From Flavobacteriales bacterium UBA7690 (lineage in GTDB: Bacteria > Bacteroidota > Bacteroidia > Flavobacteriales_F > PHOS-HE28): a stretch of DNA of 64,000 nucleotides. Below the pieces are notes generated by a model, which had not been told where the DNA came from, searched no databases, and worked only from the letters and a program-made list of their open reading frames with translations. Within the stretch, counting starts at the first letter, position 1; each line of letters opens with the position of its first letter. The stretch is taken from contig DLGQ01000039.1 of NCBI GenBank assembly GCA_002482775.1, forward strand, positions 66,182 through 130,181, written 5' to 3'. Shown one piece after another: positions 9,598-18,513 of the stretch. The position numbers were made by a program, and so were the translations under genes.

Positions 9598-11063
9598 CTT
9601 CGCTTATTACGTGCAGGGCGAACGCCGCGTTCTTGAACACGTGGATCCGAACGGTCCGGATCGCCTCCGGAGAACGCATCGAGATCGAAACGTTGCCCGG
9701 TGGCAAGAGCCTTCCGCCTCCTGTCCAGGATATGACTGGTGATGAACAATCCGGAAACGAACAACGGCAACATCGGTATCTTGAAGCGCACCAATGCACC
9801 GAAATTCGGGGTGGTGACACCGATCATGAAAGCGTAGCCCACAGCGAAAACGAAACACAATTGCAACAACGGATTCCGCAGTACCAAGGTGATGAAGAAA
9901 ACCACCCGGCTACGGAAAAGGATATAGAGCACCAACAGGAACAAGAAGGTGTTCTCCAAGCCCGCAAGCACCATCACGATGTTGTTGCATTCGGGCAGCT
10001 GTGGCCTGAACAGACCGCCGAAGGTGGCCTGCGGGAACTTCCCCAAGACACTGGACCATGTGGCTTCCATCTCCCCGATATCGAAGAAATTCGTCCCATA
10101 CTGCTCGCTCCGCTTCAGGTCGGCCTGGCTTACCACGATGGTCTGGAGCGCTACATCCAAAGAGAACTTCCCCAACCGGTCGCCAAGGCCTTGTATCACG
10201 AAGATGGAACCGGTCGCCAAGACGGTCATCGCCACGGGTAGGAACAACATACGCACCAGTGCGTTGCGGAAGTGCCGCACACGATGGTACAACAGCCATA
10301 ACAACGTGGCTGGAAAAACGGTCATGAAAACATAGGGCTTCATGGCGATCATGATCCACGCGGCCAACACCACGTTCACCCAATTGCGCCACGCGTTCCT
10401 ACCTACGAAGAAGATACTGTCCAAGCCATAGATGAACCAACACACGGCGGAGAACGCGAAGGTGTCCTTAAGCAGGCCCGAACCCCAGAACACGCAAGAG
10501 GGCAGGAACAGAACGGCGATGGCCAAACGACCAGGTATCTGCGGATAGTAACGCACGAGCATGCGGTACAGGTTCCAAACGCCACCGTACGTGATCGTGC
10601 TCACCACGACGGAGACCAGGATGATGCTCTTGAAGCTCACCAGCAGGAGCACGCCAACGAGTTTCACCAGGAAGTACGTACGTTCATCCGCATAGATGTA
10701 ACCCAGCGGAAAACCCGTTCCCGAATCATACAGGTACCGATAGTTCTCCAAGGTGTTGGGGAGGAAGAACATCTCGAAGAATTTCCCGGGATCGATCATT
10801 GCCAGGTTGGCCACCGGAACAGCCGAGTTATAGAAGCTGATCGTATCCCCGTTGTCGTAGTAGTAAACGAAGATCCAGATCAGGCTAAGGGAACCGAAGA
10901 GGCGGGCGAAGTACCCCAGTAGATAATACTTGTACTCCGGGTTCTGCCCGATCATCAGCCGCTTCTTCCGCCCGTAGTAGAGCACGAACACGACGATGTA
11001 GACCACCAGGAGCATGAACTCCCATGCGTGGATGGTCACGAAGGCGGATCCGAACTCGAACAT
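9594..11063 (-). CDS. polytopic membrane protein, possible polysaccharide polymerase (Wzy-like)
   Basis: 489 aa with many hydrophobic helices. Position is between glycosyltransferases. No family motif recognised; the function is inferred from context. Confidence 0.5.
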   Translation of the reverse strand: MFEFGSAFVTIHAWEFMLLVVYIVVFVLYYGRKKRLMIGQNPEYKYYLLGYFARLFGSLSLIWIFVYYYDNGDTISFYNSAVPVANLAMIDPGKFFEMFFLPNTLENYRYLYDSGTGFPLGYIYADERTYFLVKLVGVLLLVSFKSIILVSVVVSTITYGGVWNLYRMLVRYYPQIPGRLAIAVLFLPSCVFWGSGLLKDTFAFSAVCWFIYGLDSIFFVGRNAWRNWVNVVLAAWIMIAMKPYVFMTVFPATLLWLLYHRVRHFRNALVRMLFLPVAMTVLATGSIFVIQGLGDRLGKFSLDVALQTIVVSQADLKRSEQYGTNFFDIGEMEATWSSVLGKFPQATFGGLFRPQLPECNNIVMVLAGLENTFLFLLVLYILFRSRVVFFITLVLRNPLLQLCFVFAVGYAFMIGVTTPNFGALVRFKIPMLPLFVSGLFITSHILDRRRKALATGQRFDLDAFSGGDPDRSDPRVQERGVRPARNKRR

Positions 11064-11225
11064 GCTTTATTGTAGCTGCCAAATGTAGACGGCACAAGCG
11101 CTGCACACCCGACCACCAATGGATCCATCCCCGGGCTCCGATCACAGGAAGATGGTTCCAGGGCCCACATCGCCCGACTAGCCCCGCATGTGCCCCGGCC
11201 GTATCTTGCACCGCGTCCACCACAC

Positions 11226-12098
11226 ATGTTGCGCGATTGCCCGATCTGCGATGCCCACGATGGGCGTTTCCTGAAGAATTACACCAAGCACCACCTGGCC
11301 CGATGCAGGAGGTGCGGTATGGTGTATGCTGGAAAACGTCCTACCCCAGCCGAACTTGCGGAATTCTACGCTACCTACCCGCTTCACGCGCAACTCAATC
11401 CGATCACGCGCGCTCGATACCTGGAATTGCTGACCGACCTGGCTCCTGCACGCACGCACGGCCGCATACTGGATGCGGGATGCGGGGTGGGTTTCTTCTT
11501 GGATACGGCCAGGGAGGCCGGCTGGGATACCCACGGATCAGAATACGACGAACGCGTGGTGAAGACCTGCCGTGACCGCGGTATCACCATGTGGCAAGGG
11601 GCGTTGACCACCGAGAGCTTCCCCGACGCCTATTTCGACGTGATCACCAGCTTCGAGGTGATGGAACACTTACAGGACCCGCTTGCTGAGCTCCGGAACT
11701 TCCACCGCATGTTGCGCCCAGGGGGTGTTCTCTACATCACCACGCCCAATTTCTCGGCCTTGAGCCGGCGCCTCATCGGACAGAACTGGAGCGTGGTGAA
11801 CTACCCTGAACACCTCAACTACTTCACACCGGCAACGCTGCGCAGAGCATTGGAAAGCGCCGGACTTTCCGTGACCGCATGCCGAACCACCGGCATCAGT
11901 GTGAGCAGGCTCAGCTACCGCGTGGATTCTTCTGACCAGCGGGAGGCGAACCACACGCCCATGAACACGGACCAACGTCTACGTGCACGGATCGAAGGCA
12001 ATGGCCTCTTGCGTGTGGGGAAAAGCAGCCTGAACGCGCTACTGGGCATGTTATCTGCCGGAGACACCATCAAGATGTTCGGCGCTCGGCCTCAGTGA
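11226..12098 (+). CDS. class I SAM-dependent methyltransferase with N-terminal Cys4 zinc-ribbon
   Basis: CPICD...CRRCG zinc ribbon, ILDAGCGVGFFL (motif I), LRPGGVLYITTPN. Start placed at MLRDCPICD. Confidence 0.8.
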   Translation: MLRDCPICDAHDGRFLKNYTKHHLARCRRCGMVYAGKRPTPAELAEFYATYPLHAQLNPITRARYLELLTDLAPARTHGRILDAGCGVGFFLDTAREAGWDTHGSEYDERVVKTCRDRGITMWQGALTTESFPDAYFDVITSFEVMEHLQDPLAELRNFHRMLRPGGVLYITTPNFSALSRRLIGQNWSVVNYPEHLNYFTPATLRRALESAGLSVTACRTTGISVSRLSYRVDSSDQREANHTPMNTDQRLRARIEGNGLLRVGKSSLNALLGMLSAGDTIKMFGARPQ

Positions 12099-12553
12099 TG
12101 GTAGGGTGAACCCTGTAGGATCGCCGACGCCCGATACAATTGTTCCGCGAAGAGCACACGTACCAACTGGTGCGGGAAGGTCATCGCCGATAAGGACAAC
12201 ACCAGATCCGCCCGTTGGCGCACCTCATCGGTCATTCCATAGGCGCCGCCGATCACGAAAGCGATACGCCGTGCACCTTGATCGCGCCAGCTCCCGATGC
12301 GCCCCGCGAATTGTGGGCTGGTCATTTGAATGCCCCGCTCGTCCAGCACCACTACCCGCTCACCAGGTCTCAGCGCAGCTAGAATGCGCTCACATTCCAC
12401 CCGCTGTTGGTAGGCCGGTTCACCTTTCCCCGCTTCTGGCAGCACCACCTGTTCCACCGGGAAGGTTCGTGCCAAGCGGCCCAAATAATGCTCCACACCG
12501 TCGGTGACCAAGCCCCGTTCGCTACGTCCAACTAGTAACAACCTCACGTTCAT
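12092..12553 (-). CDS. rlmH: 23S rRNA (pseudouridine1915-N3)-methyltransferase
   Basis: 153 aa, SPOUT-type. Has LDERGIQMTSPQFA, IAFVIGGAYG and LSLSAMTFPHQLVRVLFAEQLYRA, which match the RlmH family end to end. Confidence 0.9.
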   Translation of the reverse strand: MNVRLLLVGRSERGLVTDGVEHYLGRLARTFPVEQVVLPEAGKGEPAYQQRVECERILAALRPGERVVVLDERGIQMTSPQFAGRIGSWRDQGARRIAFVIGGAYGMTDEVRQRADLVLSLSAMTFPHQLVRVLFAEQLYRASAILQGSPYHH

Positions 12554-12628
12554 GCGCGTATCCCTGTTCGTAAGTCCATGGGCCTCAAGGTCTACACTTG
12601 GCCCGGTATTTGCCAAATTACGCTCCAA

Positions 12629-13039
12629 ATGAAGCCCTTTATGAACAGGTTCGTCCTGCTTCTTTCAACCTTATTGCTCGCCTTCGGTCTACAAGCCCAG
12701 GACGATGTGAAGGAAAAAGTCGTGCAGGCCATGCGCACAGGCAACTCCAAGGACCTGGCCGTGCATTTCATACCCAATATCGACCTGACGATCAAGGAGA
12801 CCGCTGACGTGTACAGCAAAGCACAAGCCGAGCAGATCGTCCGCAAGTTCTTCAACGATAACCCGCCCGTGGACCTGGTGATCGAGCACAGCGGTGTAAG
12901 CAAGCTCGGCGACAAGTACTTCATCGGGATCCTGCGCACCACCACGGGGTATTTCCGCGTGACCTTCTTCTTGAAGAAAACGGATGCCGCTTTCCAAGTG
13001 AAGCAGTTGCGCATCGAGAACAGCAAGAACGACTTCTGA
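12629..13039 (+). CDS. DUF4783-type secreted protein
   Basis: Signal peptide MKPFMNRFVLLLSTLLLAFGLQAQ. The YSKAQAEQIVRKFF...YFIGILRTTTGYFRVTFFLKK pattern matches, as does the position directly upstream of nadC, as I recall for this family in Bacteroidota. Confidence 0.65.
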   Translation: MKPFMNRFVLLLSTLLLAFGLQAQDDVKEKVVQAMRTGNSKDLAVHFIPNIDLTIKETADVYSKAQAEQIVRKFFNDNPPVDLVIEHSGVSKLGDKYFIGILRTTTGYFRVTFFLKKTDAAFQVKQLRIENSKNDF

Positions 13040-13041
13040 CC

Positions 13042-13884
13042 GTGCTTCCACCCGGCACCGAAGCACTGATCGAGCTGGCCTTTCGCGAGGATATCGGCGA
13101 TGGCGACCATACTTCACTGAGCACCATACCTGCGGATGCCAAAGGTGCCGCCCGGTTGTTGGTGAAAGAAGATGGGATCCTGGCCGGTGTGGAATTGGCC
13201 CAAGCCGTAGCCGCCCATTTCGACAAGGCGCTCTCCTTCCGGATCTATCTGGAGGATGGTGCATCGGTGAAGAAGGGTGACATCGCCTTCAACCTGATGG
13301 GGCCGATCCGTAGCATCCTCATGGTGGAGCGCGTGTTGCTCAACTTCATGCAACGCATGAGCGGGATCGCCACGCAAACACGCCGGTATGTGGATGCCGT
13401 GGAAGGGACCGGATGCCGCGTTCTTGACACGCGCAAGACCACACCTGGCCTGCGTGGACTGGAGAAGTGGGCCGTACGCCTCGGTGGCGGCCGGAACCAC
13501 CGGCAAGGGTTGTACGACATGATCATGATCAAGGACAACCACCACGATTTCGCCGGTGGTATCGCCAACGCCATTGTTGCTGCTCGGGATTACCTGTTGA
13601 AGAACGGGAAGCAGCTCGCCATCGAGGTGGAAACACGCAACATCGACGAGGTACAGCAAGTGTTGAAGGTGGGCGGTGTACAGCGCATCATGCTGGACAA
13701 TTTCACACCCGAACGCATGCGCGAAGCGGTATCGCTGATCGATGGCCGGTTCGAGACGGAAGCCTCGGGCGGCATCACCTTGGCCACCATCCGTAGCTTC
13801 GCAGAAACAGGAGTGGACTACGTCTCCGTTGGTGCCCTCACCCATTCGGTACCCAGCTTGGACTTGAGCCTGAAAGCCCTGTGA
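13042..13884 (+). CDS. nadC: nicotinate-nucleotide pyrophosphorylase (carboxylating)
   Basis: DIGDGDHTS, LLNFMQRMSGIAT, DTRKTTPGLR..EKWAV..GGG.NHR.GLYD.IMIKDNH. Confidence 0.92.
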   Translation: MLPPGTEALIELAFREDIGDGDHTSLSTIPADAKGAARLLVKEDGILAGVELAQAVAAHFDKALSFRIYLEDGASVKKGDIAFNLMGPIRSILMVERVLLNFMQRMSGIATQTRRYVDAVEGTGCRVLDTRKTTPGLRGLEKWAVRLGGGRNHRQGLYDMIMIKDNHHDFAGGIANAIVAARDYLLKNGKQLAIEVETRNIDEVQQVLKVGGVQRIMLDNFTPERMREAVSLIDGRFETEASGGITLATIRSFAETGVDYVSVGALTHSVPSLDLSLKAL

Positions 13885-13888
13885 CCGT

Positions 13889-14848
13889 ATGGTGAAACGG
13901 CTGAAACGCAAGCTGCTCTACTCGCGCTCCAACAGGCGCGTGATCAAATGGGCACGGCGGATCATCCTACCCGGCTTCGAAGGTTTCAGCTTGTACGAGA
14001 TCAGCCGGTTCTTCTTCCGGGCACTGTTCACCGGCAACTTGGTGATGCGCGCCTCGGCCATCTCCTTCAAACTCTTCCTGGCCTTCTTCCCGGCGGTGAT
14101 CGTGCTGTTGACTATGATCCCGTACATCCCCATCAACGATTTCCAGACCAAGCTGCTCACCACCTTCCACGACATGCTGCCGGGCGAGGTCTACACATTC
14201 ATCGAATCCACCCTGCACGACCTGCTGATCAAGAAACACGGGACCCTGCTTTCGGTGAGCTTCCTGGTCGGTGTGTACATGGCCAGTAACAGCATCGATG
14301 CCATTCTCGCCGGCTTCAGCGACAGCACCAACCACACCACTTGGCATACGCCCTTGAAGCAACGTTTGCTCAGCATCGGCCTGCTCTTCGCGCTCACCAT
14401 CCTCACCATGATCGCCATACCCCTGCTCACCTTCAGTGGCACGGTGATCTACCAGCTGGATCAACTCGGCTTCTTCACGAGCTATTTCCAAGTGGCCGCC
14501 CTGTTCGCCGCGAAGTGGGTGGTCTCCATTCTCGTGGTGGTCATGTTCGTATCACTGCTCTACAACGCAGGCGACCCTACCGCTCGCCGGTTCCGCCTCT
14601 TCACACCGGGTGCCATCCTAGCGATGTTGCTGATCCTGCTGGTGTCCCAAGTACTCGCGTTCTTCTTCTCGTCCATCACGGACTACAACGCGCTCTACGG
14701 TTCCATCGGGGCCATCCTTGCAGTGCAATTCTGGCTCTATTTCAACATGATCGTGCTGCTGGTGGGCTACGAACTGAATACCAGCATCGTAAAAGCCCGG
14801 ATCATGCGCAGCGAGCACCTGCAAGCACCCATCGTTCCTGCCGTTTGA
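13889..14848 (+). CDS. YihY/BrkB-family membrane protein
   Basis: ASAISFKLFLAFFPAVIVLLTMIPYIP and six hydrophobic segments typical of YihY. Confidence 0.8.
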   Translation: MVKRLKRKLLYSRSNRRVIKWARRIILPGFEGFSLYEISRFFFRALFTGNLVMRASAISFKLFLAFFPAVIVLLTMIPYIPINDFQTKLLTTFHDMLPGEVYTFIESTLHDLLIKKHGTLLSVSFLVGVYMASNSIDAILAGFSDSTNHTTWHTPLKQRLLSIGLLFALTILTMIAIPLLTFSGTVIYQLDQLGFFTSYFQVAALFAAKWVVSILVVVMFVSLLYNAGDPTARRFRLFTPGAILAMLLILLVSQVLAFFFSSITDYNALYGSIGAILAVQFWLYFNMIVLLVGYELNTSIVKARIMRSEHLQAPIVPAV

Positions 14849-14871
14849 TGGAATAACTTGGAGCCGCCATC

Positions 14872-17800
14872 ATGCGGATACTCCTTTTACTCCCGGTCTT
14901 TCTATTGGCTCTGGCCACTAGCGCCCAGCCTTTCGACGATAAGCACCCGCCGAACACCTACCGCAATGCGGACAATCCGCATTACTGGAAGAACAGGCCG
15001 CCCAAGCCCGGGTACTGGCAGCAGGATGTACACTACGTGATCAAGGCGCGGCTGGATGATGCCACGGACCAACTGACCGGCGAGGAAGCCCTGACGTACG
15101 TGAACAATTCGCCGGATACGCTCCAGTACGTGTTCTTCCACCTATACCAAGAGGCGTTCGTGCAGGGATCATACCTCGAACGGTTGGAGGGCGGGTTGCG
15201 CCGCACCAAGAAGGGCGAAGTATCCTACGCCGGCACACGGATCAATTCCCTGACGATCGATGGTGCCGAATTGAAGAAGGAACAGGACAATACCGTACTG
15301 AAAGTGTGGCTACCCGAGCCGTTGCCACCGGGCACACGCACCACCTTCCGCATCGGCTTCACCACGCACTGGACCAGCGATGTGTACCGGCGCATGAAGC
15401 TCTTCAACAGCTGGGGCACCAAGCACTACGATGGTGTACACTGGTATCCACGCATCGCGGTGTACGACGCGCGCTTCGGGTGGGACACGCAACAACACCT
15501 CGGCAGTGAATTCTATGGTGACTTCGGCGCATTCGACGTGGACCTGGACTTCCCGCACCACTATGTATTGGACGCCACCGGCTGGTTGCAGAACGAGAAG
15601 GACGTGCTGCCTGCCGATCTCAAAGCGAAGCTTGACATCCGCAACTTCAAGGACAAACCGTGGAACGAAGCACCTTCGGTGATCACCGCTCCGGAGCCCG
15701 GAAAACGCAAGGTGTGGAAGTTCCATGCCGAGAACGTCCACGACTTCGCCTTCACCGCCGACCCGAACTACCGCATCGGCGAAGCGGAATGGAACGGCAT
15801 GAAATGCGTGGCGTTGGTGCAAGAACCGCACGCGAGCGGTTGGCAGAACGCCGCCGAATACACCGCGAAGATCATCGCCTGTTACAGCCGCGACTTCGGG
15901 ATGTACGCCTACCCGAAGATGATCGTGGCCGATGCACGTGATGGCATGGAATACCCCATGCTGACCCTGGATGGCGGCCGCGACCCGAGTTACCGTGGTC
16001 TTCTCGCACACGAGGTGGGGCACAACTGGTTCTTCGGCATGGTAGGGAACAACGAGACATACCGCGCGTTCCTGGACGAAGGCTTCACCCAGTTCCTGAC
16101 CTCGTGGGCCTTGGAACACATCGATGGGGATACGTTGGTGAAGGATGCGCCCTCCACGGCTTATGAGCAGCGCTTCACCCTGCCCCAACGCCCGCGCGAA
16201 GAAGAAGTCTACTTCAGCTACCAGCGCGATGCCGTCCGTGATCTACTGCCCCCGATCAACACGCATAGCGACGAGTTCTCGCGCTACGAGAAAGGCGGAC
16301 GTGGGTATGGGCATGTCTACTTCAAGACGGCTACCATGCTGTACAACCTGCAGTACGTGCTGGGAGACACCCTCTTCCTGGCGGCCATGCAGCACTACTT
16401 CGATCAATGGCACATGTGCCACCCGTATCCAGAAGACTTCCGCGAGAGCATCATCGCCTTCACGAACGTGGACCTCAACTGGTTCTTCGATCAATGGATC
16501 GAAACCGATAAGCGCATCGACTACGCGGTGACGAAGGTGACCGGCCAGCATCGCGATAGTGCGCAGACCATCCACCTACGCCGCAAAGCCGACCTGCAAA
16601 TGCCCATCGATCTGCGGGTGGTGGCGCGCGATGGCAGCCTGCACGATTTCCACATCCCGAACACGTGGTTCGAGAAGAACACGAACGCCACCGTGCTACC
16701 GCGCTGGATCGGATACGATGAACTGCAGCGCGACTACATCGCCAAGGTCAACATCCCGTCCGGCATAGACCAGGTGATCATAGACCCGACGGATCGTCTG
16801 GCGGACGCGTACAAGTTGAACGACCAACTGCGGCCACCGGTGGACATCCAGTTCGACCACCACATCCGGAACCGACCTGACCGCCGCACGTATCAAGGGT
16901 TCGTTCGGCCGGATCTTTGGTGGAACGGTTTCGACGGAGCCAAGGTGGGTGTACACTTCAACGGAGCGTACATGAAGTACAAGCACCAGGTCCACTTCAC
17001 CGGATGGCTCAACACCGGTATGGGGCAATCCCTTCCACCGGGGAATCCATCGGCACAGGTGGATTCGATCCCCGGCAACACGGACACTTCATATGACCCG
17101 TTCTCCTTCAACTTCCGCTATGAGAACGGCACGGAGAAGATCCTGAAAGGTTCTTCGCTCTTCGTGCATGCGCGCATGTTGGACGGCCTGGAGCGCTATG
17201 GTGGAGGCTTCGCGTGGAAACTTCCCAATGGAAGAACGGAACTGAAAGCCGAGCTGATCTACATGCTGCGTCGCGACAGTACGGACCTGACCTACCTGCT
17301 CTATCCGGACCAGTGGGAGTTGAACCGCTTGAACGGGGTGATGGACCTGAGCTTGCGCCACCGCTACTCCTACACCCGTGGTACGGGCGACATCAATTTG
17401 GAACTGCGCAACAGTGCCGTGGGTTCCGCATCAACCTACGCGCAAGTGAGGCTCACGGCCGTGAACAGCAACAGGCTCGGCAAACTGGATGTGCGCACAC
17501 GCGCCTTCGGACAGTTCGGTACCGGCAACACGCCGCGTGAAAGTGCGCTCTTCCTTGCCGGGGCTTCACCCGAAGAGATGATGGAGAACAAGTATGTGCG
17601 CAGCATCGGTTTCGTGCCGTACGACCTGTTGGGTCTCGGTGCTGATGTGAACAGCTTCCAGCATGGCGGTGGGCTCGGACTGCGTGGATATGCCGGTTAC
17701 TTGGCACCTGAACGTGACGCTGACGGCAACTTCATCTTCACCTACCGGGGCAACACCGGCATAAGTGCATCGGGCGAGATCGACCTGGATGGGCTGGTAC

Positions 17801-18096
17801 GGCTTCGGCCGGGGAAACTGGCGCAGTACCTGCACATGGATGTCTACCTATTCGGCGACATCGGTGTGATGGGATACCGTGTGGCGAAAGCCGATGGACA
17901 GGAACTCCGGTTGGCTGAGCCACGTGCGGATGCTGGAGTGGGCGCTGCGCTCACGATCAAAAAGTGGGGGCCGCTGGTGGACATCAACCCGCTCACGATC
18001 CGGTTCGACATGCCGTTGGTGCTCTCCGCACTGCCCGCAACAGAGACCGACAACTTCGCGTTCCGCTATGTACTGGCCGTTGGCCGAAGCTTCTGA
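14872..18096 (+). CDS. M1-family zinc metallopeptidase with long C-terminal extension
   Basis: Signal peptide MRILLLLPVFLLALATSAQ. HEVGH at 16009..16023 is followed by E at +19 (FLDEGF), which is HEXXH-X18-E. The 1074 aa is about 470 aa longer than a bare M1 catalytic unit. Confidence 0.85.
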   Translation: MRILLLLPVFLLALATSAQPFDDKHPPNTYRNADNPHYWKNRPPKPGYWQQDVHYVIKARLDDATDQLTGEEALTYVNNSPDTLQYVFFHLYQEAFVQGSYLERLEGGLRRTKKGEVSYAGTRINSLTIDGAELKKEQDNTVLKVWLPEPLPPGTRTTFRIGFTTHWTSDVYRRMKLFNSWGTKHYDGVHWYPRIAVYDARFGWDTQQHLGSEFYGDFGAFDVDLDFPHHYVLDATGWLQNEKDVLPADLKAKLDIRNFKDKPWNEAPSVITAPEPGKRKVWKFHAENVHDFAFTADPNYRIGEAEWNGMKCVALVQEPHASGWQNAAEYTAKIIACYSRDFGMYAYPKMIVADARDGMEYPMLTLDGGRDPSYRGLLAHEVGHNWFFGMVGNNETYRAFLDEGFTQFLTSWALEHIDGDTLVKDAPSTAYEQRFTLPQRPREEEVYFSYQRDAVRDLLPPINTHSDEFSRYEKGGRGYGHVYFKTATMLYNLQYVLGDTLFLAAMQHYFDQWHMCHPYPEDFRESIIAFTNVDLNWFFDQWIETDKRIDYAVTKVTGQHRDSAQTIHLRRKADLQMPIDLRVVARDGSLHDFHIPNTWFEKNTNATVLPRWIGYDELQRDYIAKVNIPSGIDQVIIDPTDRLADAYKLNDQLRPPVDIQFDHHIRNRPDRRTYQGFVRPDLWWNGFDGAKVGVHFNGAYMKYKHQVHFTGWLNTGMGQSLPPGNPSAQVDSIPGNTDTSYDPFSFNFRYENGTEKILKGSSLFVHARMLDGLERYGGGFAWKLPNGRTELKAELIYMLRRDSTDLTYLLYPDQWELNRLNGVMDLSLRHRYSYTRGTGDINLELRNSAVGSASTYAQVRLTAVNSNRLGKLDVRTRAFGQFGTGNTPRESALFLAGASPEEMMENKYVRSIGFVPYDLLGLGADVNSFQHGGGLGLRGYAGYLAPERDADGNFIFTYRGNTGISASGEIDLDGLVRLRPGKLAQYLHMDVYLFGDIGVMGYRVAKADGQELRLAEPRADAGVGAALTIKKWGPLVDINPLTIRFDMPLVLSALPATETDNFAFRYVLAVGRSF

Positions 18097-18099
18097 ACC

Positions 18100-18513
18100 A
18101 TGCGCTACATCGCATTCGCAGCACTCCTTGCCACACTCCCGATCAGTGCACAGGACATCGCCGGTCGTTGGGTGACCATCGACGATAACACCGGCAAGCA
18201 ACGTTCCGTGGTGGAGGTAACCGTGAAGGACGGGATCGCGACCGGGCGCATCGTGGAGATCTTCGACAAGACCAAAGCGGACAAGACATGTGAGGCTTGC
18301 ACGGATGATCGCAAGGGGAAGAAGGTGCTCGGCATGGACATCATCCGTGGCATGGTGCAGGATGATGATGAATGGGAAAATGGCACCATCATGGATTCCG
18401 ACAACGGCAAGGTCTACGATTGCAAGTTGTGGGTGGAGAACGGAAAGCTCCAGGTGCGGGGTTACATCGCGTTCTTCTTCAGGACACAGACGTGGATCCG
18501 AGGGACGAAGTGA
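18100..18513 (+). CDS. DUF2147-type secreted protein
   Basis: Signal peptide, GRWVTIDDNTGKQRSVVEV..., NGKVYDCKLWVENGKLQVRGY. Starts 3 nt after the peptidase stop. Confidence 0.8.
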   Translation: MRYIAFAALLATLPISAQDIAGRWVTIDDNTGKQRSVVEVTVKDGIATGRIVEIFDKTKADKTCEACTDDRKGKKVLGMDIIRGMVQDDDEWENGTIMDSDNGKVYDCKLWVENGKLQVRGYIAFFFRTQTWIRGTK

